Assembly (NCBI GenBank): GCA_017499595.2
Contig: CM039006.1
Coordinates: forward strand, 2,604,001 to 2,668,000
Length of the DNA stretch: 64,000 bases
Reading direction: 5' to 3'
Origin: Psilocybe cubensis
Taxonomy: Eukaryota
Both the position numbers and the translations under genes were made by a program. Below the pieces are notes generated by a model that did no database searches, was not told the origin of the DNA, and worked only from the letters and a program-made list of their open reading frames with translations. This document shows positions 1-12,039 of the stretch, piece by piece; position 1 is the stretch's first letter, and every line of letters begins with the position of its first letter.

Positions 1-349
1 GGATCATGTCTTTCCTCATTGCAGGATATTTATGAAGCCCCCAGGGTCAGCTGCAGCTTTCATCATCCTAGTATCCCTCTACTTGTATTATTTTTAATGC
101 AGTGTGGGAAAAAGTCTGAACTGAGCATATTTCGGCCATGCTGCATCAACTTAAAATCGCAATCTATAGATACTTTCTCAAGTCGGCATACCGGCTGCTT
201 GCTTTCGACTGTCTGTGGAGTTATTGTAATCGATAGTATCATCCATTCTCCGCGCACACCGTATCTAATGCTCGGCCCAAGTTTATACGAAAGGCTATGC
301 TATGAACCTTCCAGAGCAGCCTCAGGCAAATTAGCGCCTAGTAACCTCC

Positions 350-1301
350 TCAAGCCAATTGTAATTGTCTGTTCTTTCTGCGACGGCAAGACTGTGACTC
401 TTCCAGGGTAGCCAAGTGCCACGCGGGAACAAGGTGGTTAGGATCATGCACGCGATTGGTTCCGCGAACCTGGATCGCAGAGATACGGATGATGCGTGCA
501 GTGGCCATGCCTAAATAATGGGCCGGTTAACTCACCAACTTGCGAGGAACAAGCTAAGGAATAGATACGCACAGGAGACTGCAGCGACAGCCAAGAATCC
601 GATTTCCAGAGGAATGATGATGCCTTGCACAGGGCCATTGAACGCGAAGAGTTTGACCGAAGAAATGATCAGCAAGAAGATGCAGTTCACTGATTTTATT
701 AGTTAGAGTAAAACATTTAGAAATGGGGTTCATTACCGCTGTTAATGGATGCACAGAAAGTGGCGCAAATGTAATGTGTTATAGCAGTAGTGGGGGTGTC
801 CCCGTCCTTATTCTTTTGACTAGAGGATTTGGAATTTCTGAGAAAGTAATTAGCATGCTGGCTAACGTCTGGGAAATAAATACAAACAGTGATTTGACAA
901 TGGTCAACGCCCACAATGAGAACCATCCAGACATAAACTCTTTATACAGAACTGGATTCACGCATCAGAAGGCGAGGAGTCCTGTTGGCACAACGCACTT
1001 ACCCTTTATCTCGTCGCGGTATACTAGGCTAAGCCCAAATACAATGCACGCCAGCGCCAGGTGAAAGAACTGAGCAATAAATGCGATACCTATGACGATT
1101 CTGAGAATATTGATAATAAAGAAAGCTGTCTATGTGCTCACGGGTGTAGGTAGATCTGTGCGACAATGGATCTGACAGTCTGCTGAATCCACAAGCACCT
1201 GAATCCGAGTCGCCGATCTGAACTTCAGAGTCTTTCTTTGCTGTGATTTCATTGTTCTCGCTCAGAAGCGGAGTCTCTTGTGCTACGATATTGTTGTCCA
1301 T
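350..1301 (-). CDS. Hypothetical multi-exon membrane protein, tandem paralogue 1
   Basis: Spliced reading MDNNIVAQETP...STYTR|IAFIAQFFHLALACIVFGLSLVYRDEIK... ends HLVPAWHLATLEESQSCRRRKNRQLQLA*. It is colinear with the paralogue at 1879-8159 (shared LSH(R/K)STY, PAWHLATLEESQS and intron positions). Confidence 0.6.
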
Positions 1302-1878
1302 TGAGGATTCGACACTGTGGTTCTTATGTTGGGTAAAAGTGAAGGACGTGGCTCAGTGATGGGTTTTGAGAACCTGAGGCTGTACTGAACTGAGCCATGA
1401 ATACAAACATTCCACGATCCACCAGTTCCGGCCGAAATAATGCGTTGAACAGATAAGTTAGTTAGCCAGTTAAAAGTCCTCACTTACCTCTCTCGTCTCT
1501 TCTATGGCGACGGTCCTGTGAGATCGCGTTGCGTTTTATGGTCGGCACCAATCAGCTTCATTTTGAAATTATTTTCGGGTCATGCGGCATGTCTCGGAGT
1601 ATGAATAGCGCAGATATGTTTAAACTCCGAATGGCCGGTAAATTAAAGCCGAAGCCTTGGCCGGGTTTTGGCAAATCCACGGAGTTATATACTCCATATT
1701 CAGTACTCAGATTCAAATGGACTTATCGTGTATGTCCTCATCGTCGTGCGCAGGGAAGATCAGATTGAACAGTCACATTTGTACAGTACAGAAGCTATAC
1801 TAGGAACCTTCTAGAGCGCCCCCCCCCCCCTCCTCCCCCGAGTCAGGCAAGCCTTGAGATTGGCACCTCCTGCCACTC

Positions 1879-4800
1879 TCAAACCAATTGTACTTGTCCG
1901 TCAGTCCTACGACAGAACGATTGCGACTCCTCCAGAGTAGCCAAGTGCCATGCCGGGACAAAATGGTTAGGATCGTGGACGAGCTCGGTCCCGCAAGCCT
2001 GCGTGGCAGAGAGGCGGATGATGCGGGCTACCGCCATGCCTAGATAGTGGGCAGAGTGACGAGTCAAAATAATATTACTACTGCTGCAACAGACAGACTG
2101 GGGCGTAAATATTAAATACGTACATGAGATTGCAGCGACAACCATGAACCCGATGCTCAGGGGAGTGACGATGCCACGCACGGGGTCATCGAACACCAAG
2201 GGGTTGTCGGAGTGCATGATCGTTAGTATGAGGTAGGTGCAGCGTGCTGATATTTTAGTGGTAAGTGTATAATAAATTGCTGAAGGACAGGCGTTCCTTA
2301 CCGGTGTTGATGATTGCGCAGATATTGGCGCAGGTGTAATGAGTTATAGCAGTAGCTTTCGGCTTTGTACCAGAGCCAGAGCCAGAGGACGCGGAGAAAC
2401 TAGGAAAGCAGTTATCAATTATCAGTTATCATTACTGTTAGCTGGGTTCTGGGGGGAATGGATACGAAACATGAACGATGAAATGATCATCAACAGTAAC
2501 CACGAGTAGATCATCCCAGTCCATAGGTATATGTGCTGAGCTATATTGAACGACAATCAGTAATGAAAGTAGCTCAGTACGATAGATACAAACTGTATAT
2601 TTAGTAGATACCTAATGAAAGTAGCTACGTTAAGAGTAAGTAAGTGAATCAAATGTAAGTAAGATAGCTGGCACACACCTCAGTACGATAGATACGAACT
2701 GAGGTGGTGCCATTTCGTCGAAAGGAATATAAGTGAAATGGCTTGAATGTAACAAGTAACTAAATATGAATGTAACGAAAAATGGTCCATAGTCCAGACC
2801 GCCGTCACGAGGACGCGCCGGTCAGTTTGCTATTCCAACACTCCCCCTCAAACTGCGGCGCGTAAACCCATCGCGTTTGCAAAGTGCTTCGCTTTCGCGC
2901 TCGGAAGAGCCTTTGTGAGAGTGTCGGCGGTTTGATCGTCCGTGGGGCAGTAAATAAGTTTAATGGAGCCGGAGTCGATGATATAACGAATAAAATGGTA
3001 ACGAATGTCGATATGCTTCGTGCGTGCGTGATATTGTCCTCCGTGAGCGAGAGCGATGGCCGATTGATTGTCGCCGTAGAGTGTGGTGGGGTGTACTACC
3101 TTGATATCGAGTGCGCTAAAAATATCGTTGACGAGGCTGCGTAACCACATGGCTTCCTTTGAGGCGTGGGTAGCGGCCACGTATTCGGCCTCGGCTGTCG
3201 ACAGGGTGACCAACTCCTGCTTTTTTCGACGACCACGACACAGCTCCTCCATCCACCACGAACACGTACCCTGAAATCGCCCTCCTGTGGTCTTGCGACG
3301 CCCCATCTGCGTCCACGAAACCCACCATGTCCCTCTTCTCACCGCCATACGTCAACGCCAAGTCTCGGGTGCCCTTGAGGTACCGAAAAATCTTCTTCAC
3401 CGCCTCCCAGTGAATCCACGCCGGATTGTCGACAAATTGCGCCACGGTGTTCGTTGCGAACGTGATGTCGGGTCGCGTTCCCATTGACGCGTACATGAGC
3501 GAGCCCACTGCTTCACGATAAGGTACGTTTTTCATCCGTGCGATGTCTGCGAGAGCGGTCGGACATTGTGACCTGGCAAGTGGCTGACACGGGTCCATGG
3601 GAATTGCACTCGGTTTCAGGTCGTCGAAGTTGAAGCGCGTCAAGATGGTGTCAATATACGCGTCCTGGGAGATGGAGACGGTTTTATTGGCGGTGTCGCG
3701 AGTGATTTTGAAGCCAAGGAGCCATTTGCATTCACCAAGGTCCGTAATCTTGTGTTTCTTGTTGATTTCGACCTTAAACTGCGCAATTAGTGGCGTTGAA
3801 CTCCCCGTTACCAGGCAATCGTCGACGTGTACCCCCACGATGACGATTTCGCTGTCCACCACCTTCACGAACACACCCGGATCCGCCTCCAACACCCTAA
3901 ACCCCAACTCCCCCATCGCCTTTTTCAGCGCCTCGTACCAATTCCTCGCACCCTGCTTCAACCCGTAGAGTGCCTTGTGAAGGCGATACACGTAGCGACG
4001 TGAGTCCGTTGCAAATCCGCGTGGCTGCTCGAGGTAAATGACCTCGTCTTCATCCAGGTTCGAGTTCAGGAACGCGCTATCAAAGTCGATGCTTTCGAGT
4101 GGCCATCCGTTGCGGTTAGCGAGTGCGATCAGGTATCGGAAGGTGGGCAGGCGTGCAACGGGTGCGAAGGTCTCGGTGTAGTCCACGCCATGGATTTGGG
4201 TAAATCCGCGTGCGACGAGACGAGCCTTGTACTTGTCAATCTCGCCTGCGGCATTCTTCTTGATGCGTAGGACCCATTTGCTGCCGACGACGTTAGCGTT
4301 TGGTGGGCGTTCAACCATCTTCCATGTCCCGTTCGCCTCGAGTGATGCAAGCTCGGCTTTGATCGCGGCCTCCCATTTCGGCCAGTCAGATCGCCTTCTT
4401 GCTTCATCGTACGTCGGGTTCAACCCCTCGGCTGCATCCATTGCAGTCGCCATTGCAAAATCCATCGCCTCAACAATGTCCCATGCGTCCGCCAACAACC
4501 CTTCATCACCCACACCCTCAACACCAGCCTCGCCTTCCTTATTCTTCTCAGAAACCTCTGGGACAACCTGGAGACCGCGCGGGAACTGGCTTGCTGCAGG
4601 TAAGTTGCTAGCTTTTGCAACTCCCTGCCGAATGTCTCTGATGTACGTGCTCTCCTTTCGCAGCCGTGTACTTCGACGTAGCTCGGGTTCTGCTGTAGCG
4701 GGAGTGTCGGTGTCGGGTTTGGGGATATTTGGGGACACGTGGCGCTTGGAATCGTCCTCGTGCTCACTGTCTGACTCCCCCTCAAGCGGTGCGTGTTCCA

Positions 4801-7800
4801 ATACAATCTCGTCCGGGATAAATCTGATGCTTCGTTCGACTATCACAGATCTTTTCTCTGCGTAGTACACACGGTGCCCGTGACTTTCCTCGTCGAACCC
4901 GACCCACTTCCCTGGCTTCGCTCGGCCATCAAGCTTCGAACCACTGGTGTCGTGCACCCACACATCACAGCCCCATGGAGGAATGTTGGAGATATCCGGC
5001 TTCTCGCCTGTCAAGACCTCATACGGAGTCGACTCGCCAAGCGCCTTTGTTGAAGTGCGATTCTTCAAATAAACCGCATGGTGCAAGGCCTCACCCCACA
5101 AGAATTTCGGTAGGCCGCTATCGTGTCGCATGGCACGCACTTTGTCGAGGAGGGTACGATTGAGGCGTTCCGCAACGCCGTTGTATTCGGGGGTGTCGTG
5201 TACGGTGAGTCTTCGAGTGGTGCCGGCTGCCTTAAGATGGGCTGAGAATTCATTACTCAGATATTCTCCTCCTCGATCGCTGTGGAGCTTCTTGATGGGG
5301 GCGTCAAACTGGGTCTTCAGCCAAGCCTCGAACTCACAGTAGTGCTCAAAGACTTCATCCTTGGTGCGCATCAGGTAAATCTTCGTGTACCGAGTGTAGT
5401 CATCTGTGAAGCTGACAAAGTAAGACTTATGGCTAATAGTCTCCACAGGCGCATCACCCCACACATCCGAATGGATTTCCTGGCCAAGTTCCGTGGCCTG
5501 CTCCTCCACCCGCTCTCTTGCTATTGGCTTGCGATGGGCCTTCCCCCACTCGCACGATGGGCAAAACGACGGCTTGCTGTCCTCGTCAAGCTTGACTCCA
5601 GTCACCAGGCCCTTCTTGACGAGCTTCCGCACTGCGTCATGGCTGATGTGCCCCATCCGGCGGTGCAATTCATCAATGGTCAACACCTCGACAACGCGCC
5701 CAGCGTATCCTGCCACCTCTGGACGTGCTGTGAACACACGGTAAAGTCCGTTCTGCACCTCAATCTTCCCCAGCATCTCACGCGATCTGTTGTAGATCCG
5801 ACAGAGTGCTCCTGAAAACACGATGGTGCCGCCCGCCTGTGCAATTCGGCTGATGGAGACCAGGGTAACCCCCATCTTTGGGGCATAAAGGACATCACGG
5901 AGCAACTGCTTTGTTGCGGGCCCGTCACCGTTAGGTATGTCAACGTACATATCTCCCTTGCCAGTCGCAAAGAACTGACGCTTATCGGCAGCTGTGATAG
6001 GCTTCGGGTCGGTCTCGACAAAATTAACGAAGCGATGTCGGTGTCCGGACATGTGGCGTGTAGCACCCGAGTCATACAAATCCATATCGACAAGGGTCTG
6101 CTTTTGGGTAAGGGTGGCAGAGGTGAATGTGCTGTGAGCTTCATCTGTAGCAGTGAGGGACAGGACTGCTCGAGAGGTAGGTGCGTAAATTTCCTCCCAT
6201 TCATCATCAGAGTCATCAGAGTCTGACACAGATTGCAGACCCGGAATCTCTTCATCACTGTCCTCATCACCGGAGTCACTAACTGACTGGAGGGCTGGCA
6301 TGCCATCCAAGTCAGCATCGGAGATGGGATCATACTCGGAGCAGCTGGAAATGAGCTCGAGAATATCGGCGTCGGAGAGGGAGAATTCGGATGAGGAAGA
6401 ACAGGTGAGTTCCTCAGACAAAGCATCGAATTCATCATCTGACGTGGTCATGGCCATCCAACCTTCCTCGTCCCCATCATTCTTTGCACTAGCCGCTGTC
6501 TCCTTCCCCTTCCCCTTGTCGCCTCCGCCTCCACTGCTCTCCTTGCCCTTTCCCTTGGGCTTCGAGCCACTCGGGCCTTGCCCTGCCCTACCACCACCCT
6601 CCGCCCAGCACTCGGACTTGAAGTGCCCACGCTTCTTGCAGTTGTGGCACTCAACATTCTTCTTCCACCCACCCTTCCTCCCACATGAACCTCCCGCGTC
6701 TCCATGAAAGGCCGAGTTTTCTTCTCGCCTGCTGGTACCCTTCTGGCCCAGCGCACGACGGTCGTACTCTTCGGTCACCGTGTGCATCAACTCATCAGCG
6801 GATAAAGTCGTGCCGATGACGCTTGACGTGGCGTTTACGGCTGATATGTAGGGGTCGTAGGAAGATGGGAGAGATCCCATGATGATCGCGTAAAAGTCGT
6901 CATCCGTTGGCGGCTGTCCCATGGCTGCCAAATCTTCGCGCATCAAGCGCAACTTGTTGAAATGTGCTCGCACATCTCCACGCTCGGGGCAGTGTTCCTG
7001 CTGTAGCCGGCGTCGCAAATCCACGGAGACCATCCATGATTTGTTCTCGAAGTCTCTTGTGAGAGCATCCCAAATATCGAAGGCAGATCCCTTGCCTTGA
7101 ATCTTCATAAAATGTGAGTCCGAAATCGTTGCCGCAATCTGTTGCTTAACGATTGCCTCTCCTTGGTTCCAGGCCTTCAGCTCCTTTCGCCATTCCGCAT
7201 CAAGAACTGCCTGCTCGTTAGTGAGCGGCTGATTTGGGACACAAGTGATGGGGTCTGGCGGAGCTACTGCGGTGCCGTCGACGTGCTCGAGTTTGCCACT
7301 CGCGTCAATGGACCATAAGAAGCGTTGCTTATAGATCACCCAGTTCTTGCCCGCCTCGTCGAGCTTGGGGATCTTCATGAAGTCATCGCTTAGTTTAGAA
7401 ATAGAAGACATGGTTGACAGTAATAAGTGGAGAGTTTTGCTGAGGGTAAATAGGTCACTGGTTGGTTGAGTAGAATGAATGCTGGATTGATTCAGTGTCT
7501 CTCGGGGCCCATAACCTAATGAAAGTAGCTCAGTACAATAGATACGAACTGTATATTTAGTAGATACCTAATGAAAGTAGCTACGTTAAGAGTAAGTAAG
7601 TGAATCAAATGTAAGTAAGATAGCTGGCACACACCTCAGTACGATAGATACGAACTGAGGTGGTGCCATTTCGTCGAAAGGAATATAAGTGAAATGGCTT
7701 GAATGTAACAAGTAACTAAATATGAATGTAACGAAAAATGGTCCATAGTCCAGACCGCCGTCACGAGGACGCGCCGGTCAGTTTGCTATTCCAACAATCA

Positions 7801-8159
7801 GGACGCAGGAAGGAGTTGTGTGCGCTCGATCCATGGACTAACCCAGCGAGTTCTTGTCGTATGCTAGGCTGAGTGCACATATGATACAAGCGAGAATAAA
7901 ATGGCAGAACTGGGCAATATACGCGATCCCTACAACGATACTAAATCACCTTTCCTTTGACAAAGCGGACTATCTGCTCACAGGCGTAGGTAGACTTGTG
8001 GGACAAGATGTCCAACAGGCTAAGGGATCCGAGTTTGCAGCTGCCCGCACTGGCACCTGAATCGACTTTCTCTGCTGCAATACTAGTATTATCGCTCATA
8101 TCATTCATGTCGCCCGGAAACGGAGTCCGAGTCTCCTGTGAGACGCTCTTTGTGTCCAT
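1879..8159 (-). CDS. Hypothetical membrane protein, tandem paralogue 2, with the copia element inserted in intron 2 (possibly inactivated)
   Basis: 5' exons at 8159-7840 (MDTKSVSQETRTP...STYAW|IAYIAQFCHFILACIICALSLAY). 3' exons at about 2540-1879 (...PAWHLATLEESQSFCRRTDGQVQLV*). Homologous to 350-1301 once 2561-7796 is removed. Confidence 0.6.
2561..2840 (-). repeat. 3' LTR of copia element
   Basis: TAATGAAAGTAGCT...TATTCCAACA on +. By eye it differs from the other LTR at 2 positions. Confidence 0.97.
2848..7411 (-). CDS. Copia gag-pol polyprotein with a +1 frameshift in RNase H at 3221-3226
   Basis: Zinc knuckle CHNCKKRGHFKSEC, protease LYDSGATRHM, HHCC LHRRMGH..CPSC, integrase IHSDVWG/SDRGGEY/NGVAER, RT VHVDDC. 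The RNase H continues as KKQELVTLSTAEAEY...TKHIDIRYHFIR in ORF 2848-3348. Confidence 0.95.
7517..7796 (-). repeat. 5' LTR of copia element
   Basis: Near-identical copy of 2561-2840, adjacent to the PBS. Confidence 0.97.
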
Positions 8160-8184
8160 GAAGCTAGTTATTCTGTCCTGCGCT

Positions 8185-8219
8185 TGTTGTTGTTGTTGTT
8201 GTGATGGTGGTGGTGGTGT
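8185..8219. repeat. Compound (GTT)n(GGT)n microsatellite
   Basis: gttgttgttgttgttgtgatggtggtggtggtg just upstream of the paralogue 2 start codon. Confidence 0.8.
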
Positions 8220-10090
8220 GTAAAGAAGGAAGGACGTGGTTCAATGATGAGTATTGTTATGGCTGTGAATTTGCTATACGGTGCTATTTTTGCAGTCTGT
8301 TCCAGCTGACACATTGAAGCCCCCTCACCGGACTGTCAGGATCAGGCGGAGATTCAAATAGTTGCAATTTAAAAAGTCGTGAATACTACTGGTACACCTT
8401 ACACTCTCTGTACACCTCAATCTTCACACACACATCTCAAACGGTTGAAAAACAGGAGATGCAGATGCCACATTGGTGGTTCGTGACGGTGTAGGTGGAG
8501 GGCATCTGGGCATCTGGAAGACCAGGAAACTGGTTTTGAAGGCTGTAATTTTGCATACGTGTACAGGCATTGGAAGCTGGGGCAGGGATGTGTGTTGATA
8601 TTTATGTTGATATCGCATGTATGTAGAAGGAATGGAAATTGGCATTTGATGCCGTGTTAACTGGATAAACGGCTAAAGATCATCAAACTAAGCACCCTTC
8701 CAAGCAACATTTTCATGATAATTTTGCATATTCGTATACCTATGTACAGTAAACACTTTAATCTACTTTAAAGCGTAAAAATTTTTTGGAAAAGAAACAG
8801 AGTCTTGAGTCGAGAAACGGGAATTTAAATCTCTACATCACTTTTGAATCCCTCGGATGATCACATCAGTAGAAACTAGCAGTGCACCCGTGCTTTGCAT
8901 GCAAATACGGGACAATTTATCATGTTATTTCCCCAGTGTTGCAATATTTTAAGGCCCTTCAGGCCCAATTAAAGTGTTTTTCAGCCTCTATTACAACGTT
9001 TTTAGTTTCGGAGCCTCCAAAATAAAATCCATCTACGTATCTACGTATTTTTAGACCAATAGGTAGACTACATTATTAAAACCAGTGGGGCACATCTGGG
9101 GTCTAGGGAGGATCATATGGGGGTCCATGTACACATTTGTGCACTTGTATGCGGGCCAGGATATGTGAATGACATGTACTACGAGTCCTGAACTTGAAGC
9201 TTCTGAGTCCCATACTCAAACCGCGCGGTATTACCAGCAAAAATGAACTCAATCGAAACATAGCCGATTAGCGCCGGCTAAAAAGGCGCAACGGGATGTT
9301 GCAGGTCCCCTCTGAGAGAGGATTCGTAAAATTTGAGAGGTGTTTGTGTAATTTTCCCTTGACGTTGCATTGAAATTCACGTTCAGTGCGCATCCTTGAG
9401 ACGCCCTTGATACTGTGCAACTTGAAGCTTGAAGCTTCAAAGAAAAGACTCTTCGGACTAAAACCGCCACACCATGCTGCCCCTCGGTTCATTCAGGCGC
9501 GGCACCGCTTTCTCTTCATATATAAACAGCAAAATCAAGCAGAACCGGGTTCTTCAAAGTTGAAGAGCCATATTCAGTGTTACCTTGAGGTCAAAGTTTC
9601 CATTCAAACTTACTCATCAGGGACCCAGAATGGGGTCTATCGTGCAGATCTTTGTTCCCCCAAGCCCTTCCGAGTCTCAGCAAAGTTCTTGCCAAGTGAT
9701 GTCATATGAGCAATATATGAGGGTCAATATCACCAAGTCTAGCTAACGTGTCAATGCCCTGCCTACTGCTAGACACACTTACCTTCTCGGCCGATAGATT
9801 GTATTTAGAACGCAAGAGTCGTCGTCGGTTGGCAGATATTCGGCAGAAAGGTGTGTCGAGGTGGGTTAACTTTTTTACAACTTTTTTCAAAAAAAGGCGG
9901 ACAGGGGTTTGTTTGTCGGATAATAGCGGCCGATCATCAAGCCATGCGATCGATGTGATTTCGGTTGCTTCCGACACATACAGACGCAAATTTTGGCTCT
10001 TCTTGAGAGGCAATGGCGATGTTGCGATTACTTGCAAGACCACTCACCCGTACTTCCATCTCACCACCGCTCCATCGTTTTTCGAGGACA

Positions 10091-12039
10091 ATGGCCACTG
10101 CAAATACCCCAGACTTCGTGCGTATCTGTGTCGACATCTATACACCCCCCTCTCTCAGTGATGCTGATGTGCTGTCCAACAATAGAACAAGGTCCTCTAC
10201 CAGCCTTTGGCGGAGATCGACCCCGAGGTCAAGAACATCATCGACAAGGAGACATGGAGACAGTTTACCGGTCTTGAGCTCATCGCTTCGGAGGTGCGTC
10301 TCTGGTTGTCTTCAATGCGTTTATCACCCTCCTAATCCTGGAATGCTGTAGAACTTGACCAGTCAGGCCACCATGGAGGCCAACGGTTCCATCTTGACCA
10401 ACAAGTACTCGGAGGGTCTCCCAAATGCCCGTTACTATGGTGGTAACGAGTACATCGATGAACTCGAGGTGCTTTGCCGCAAACGTGCTCTCCAGGCTTT
10501 CAACCTCGACCCCGCAAAGTGGGGCGTCAACGTTCAGCCTTACTCGGGTAGCGTACGTAGCTCACTCTCTATAGTGGACTCTTCTACTCACGAACAACAC
10601 CTATCTTGTGATTCATATTCTACAGACTGCCAAGTGGGTATTATTCCTGCGGAACGGATCTCCGTTCTTGAAGCTGACCATCGTTCCTTTTCAGCTTCGC
10701 TGCTCTCACCGCTCTAATTCAACCCAACGACCGCCTCATGGGTCTCGGCCTTCCAGATGGCGGACATCTCACCCACGGATACTATGTACGTGTCCTCCTA
10801 CCCTTCCTTGAGGCCTTTACGAAAGAAAATTAACGATATATCACGTGCATTACTTAGACCGCGAAGAAGAAGATGACCGCTTCGTCCATCTACTTCCAGT
10901 CTCTTCCTTACGCCATCACCCCCCAATCCAACCTTATTGACTATGCTGGACTCGCTGCCCAGGCAAAGATCTTCAAGCCCAGACTTATTATCTGCGGTGC
11001 CTCTGCTTACCCCCGTGACTGGGACTACGCTGAGCTGAAGAAGACGGCAACCAAGGAGGGTGCATGGCTCATGGCTGATATCGCCCACACCAGCGGTCTC
11101 ATTGCTGCTCAGGAGCTCAACAACCCCTTCGAATACTGCGATGTTGTCACTACCACTACGTGCGCTCTTTATTTCCATTTTGCGCATCGAGATATTAATA
11201 GTTCGCGATCAGCCACAAGACTCTTCGCGGTCCCCGTGCCGGTTTGATTTTCTTCAGGAAAGACCTCGAGAATGCTGCTGACCTCGAGAAGCGCGTCAAC
11301 GATGCTGTCTTCCCTGCTTGCCAGGGTGGACCCCACAACAACGTGCGCATAATTTTTTCTTGATTATTTCCTTGTATTGAACATGAGCCTCTCTTATTAA
11401 TAGACCATCGCTGCCATCGCCACCGCTCTCCTCCAAGTCTCGAAGCCCGAGTGGAAACTCTATGCCAAGCAGGTCATCTCCAACGCTCGCACACTCGCCG
11501 CTGCTCTCGTGTCCCACGGCTACAGACTCCAAACTGACGGTACCGACAACCACCTCGTCCTCTGGGATCTTCGCCCCATTGGTCTTACCGGCAGCAAAGT
11601 CGAGAAGGTCTGCGATCTCATGGGCATCACCATCAACAGTACGTCTTTATCGCTCTTTCTCACTTGTAATCAAAAAACAACCTCTTATATTTCCATTTTT
11701 TCAGAGAACGCTGTTTCCGGCGACGCGTCCGCCCAGGTCCCCGGTGGAATCCGTCTCGGCACATCCGCGCTCACCTCGCGCAACATGAAAGAGGAGGACA
11801 TCAAAGTCGTCGCCGAGTTCCTGCACCGCGCTGTGCAGCTCTCGCTCCTGCTCCAGAAGGAGGCCGGCTCGAAGCTGCTCAAGGACTTTGTCCGCGTCGC
11901 GACTGTGCCCCAGGAGGGCCTCGAGGGGTACAAGCAGGTGAAGCAACTCAGGGAGGAGGTCATCGCGTTCGCTAGCAAGTGGCCGCTTCCTGGTGTCGAC
12001 GTCACGACGCTCACTAAGCCCGAGGGCCTGCATGAGTAA
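10091..12039 (+). CDS. SHM2: Serine hydroxymethyltransferase, cytosolic type (multi-exon)
   Basis: Motifs [69 protein letters not shown] (PLP lysine), [24 protein letters not shown]. No mitochondrial leader seen. Confidence 0.96.

Larger units (their letters stand above)
2561..7796 (-). mobile_element. Full-length Ty1/copia LTR retrotransposon
   Basis: Two 280-bp LTRs (2561-2840 and 7517-7796). 5-bp target site duplication ATCAG at 2556-2560 and 7797-7801. PBS GGTTATGGGCCC (minus, 7516-7505) and polypurine tract TGAGGGGGAG (minus, 2850-2841). gag-pol in copia order PR-IN-RT-RH. Confidence 0.98.

Noticed and set aside
1818-1839. Poly-C tract as a regulatory G-quadruplex
   Set aside because: A simple homopolymer with no supporting context.
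3597-6756. Multiple antisense and alternative-frame ORFs within the copia element
   Set aside because: Shadow ORFs of the GC-rich gag-pol frame.
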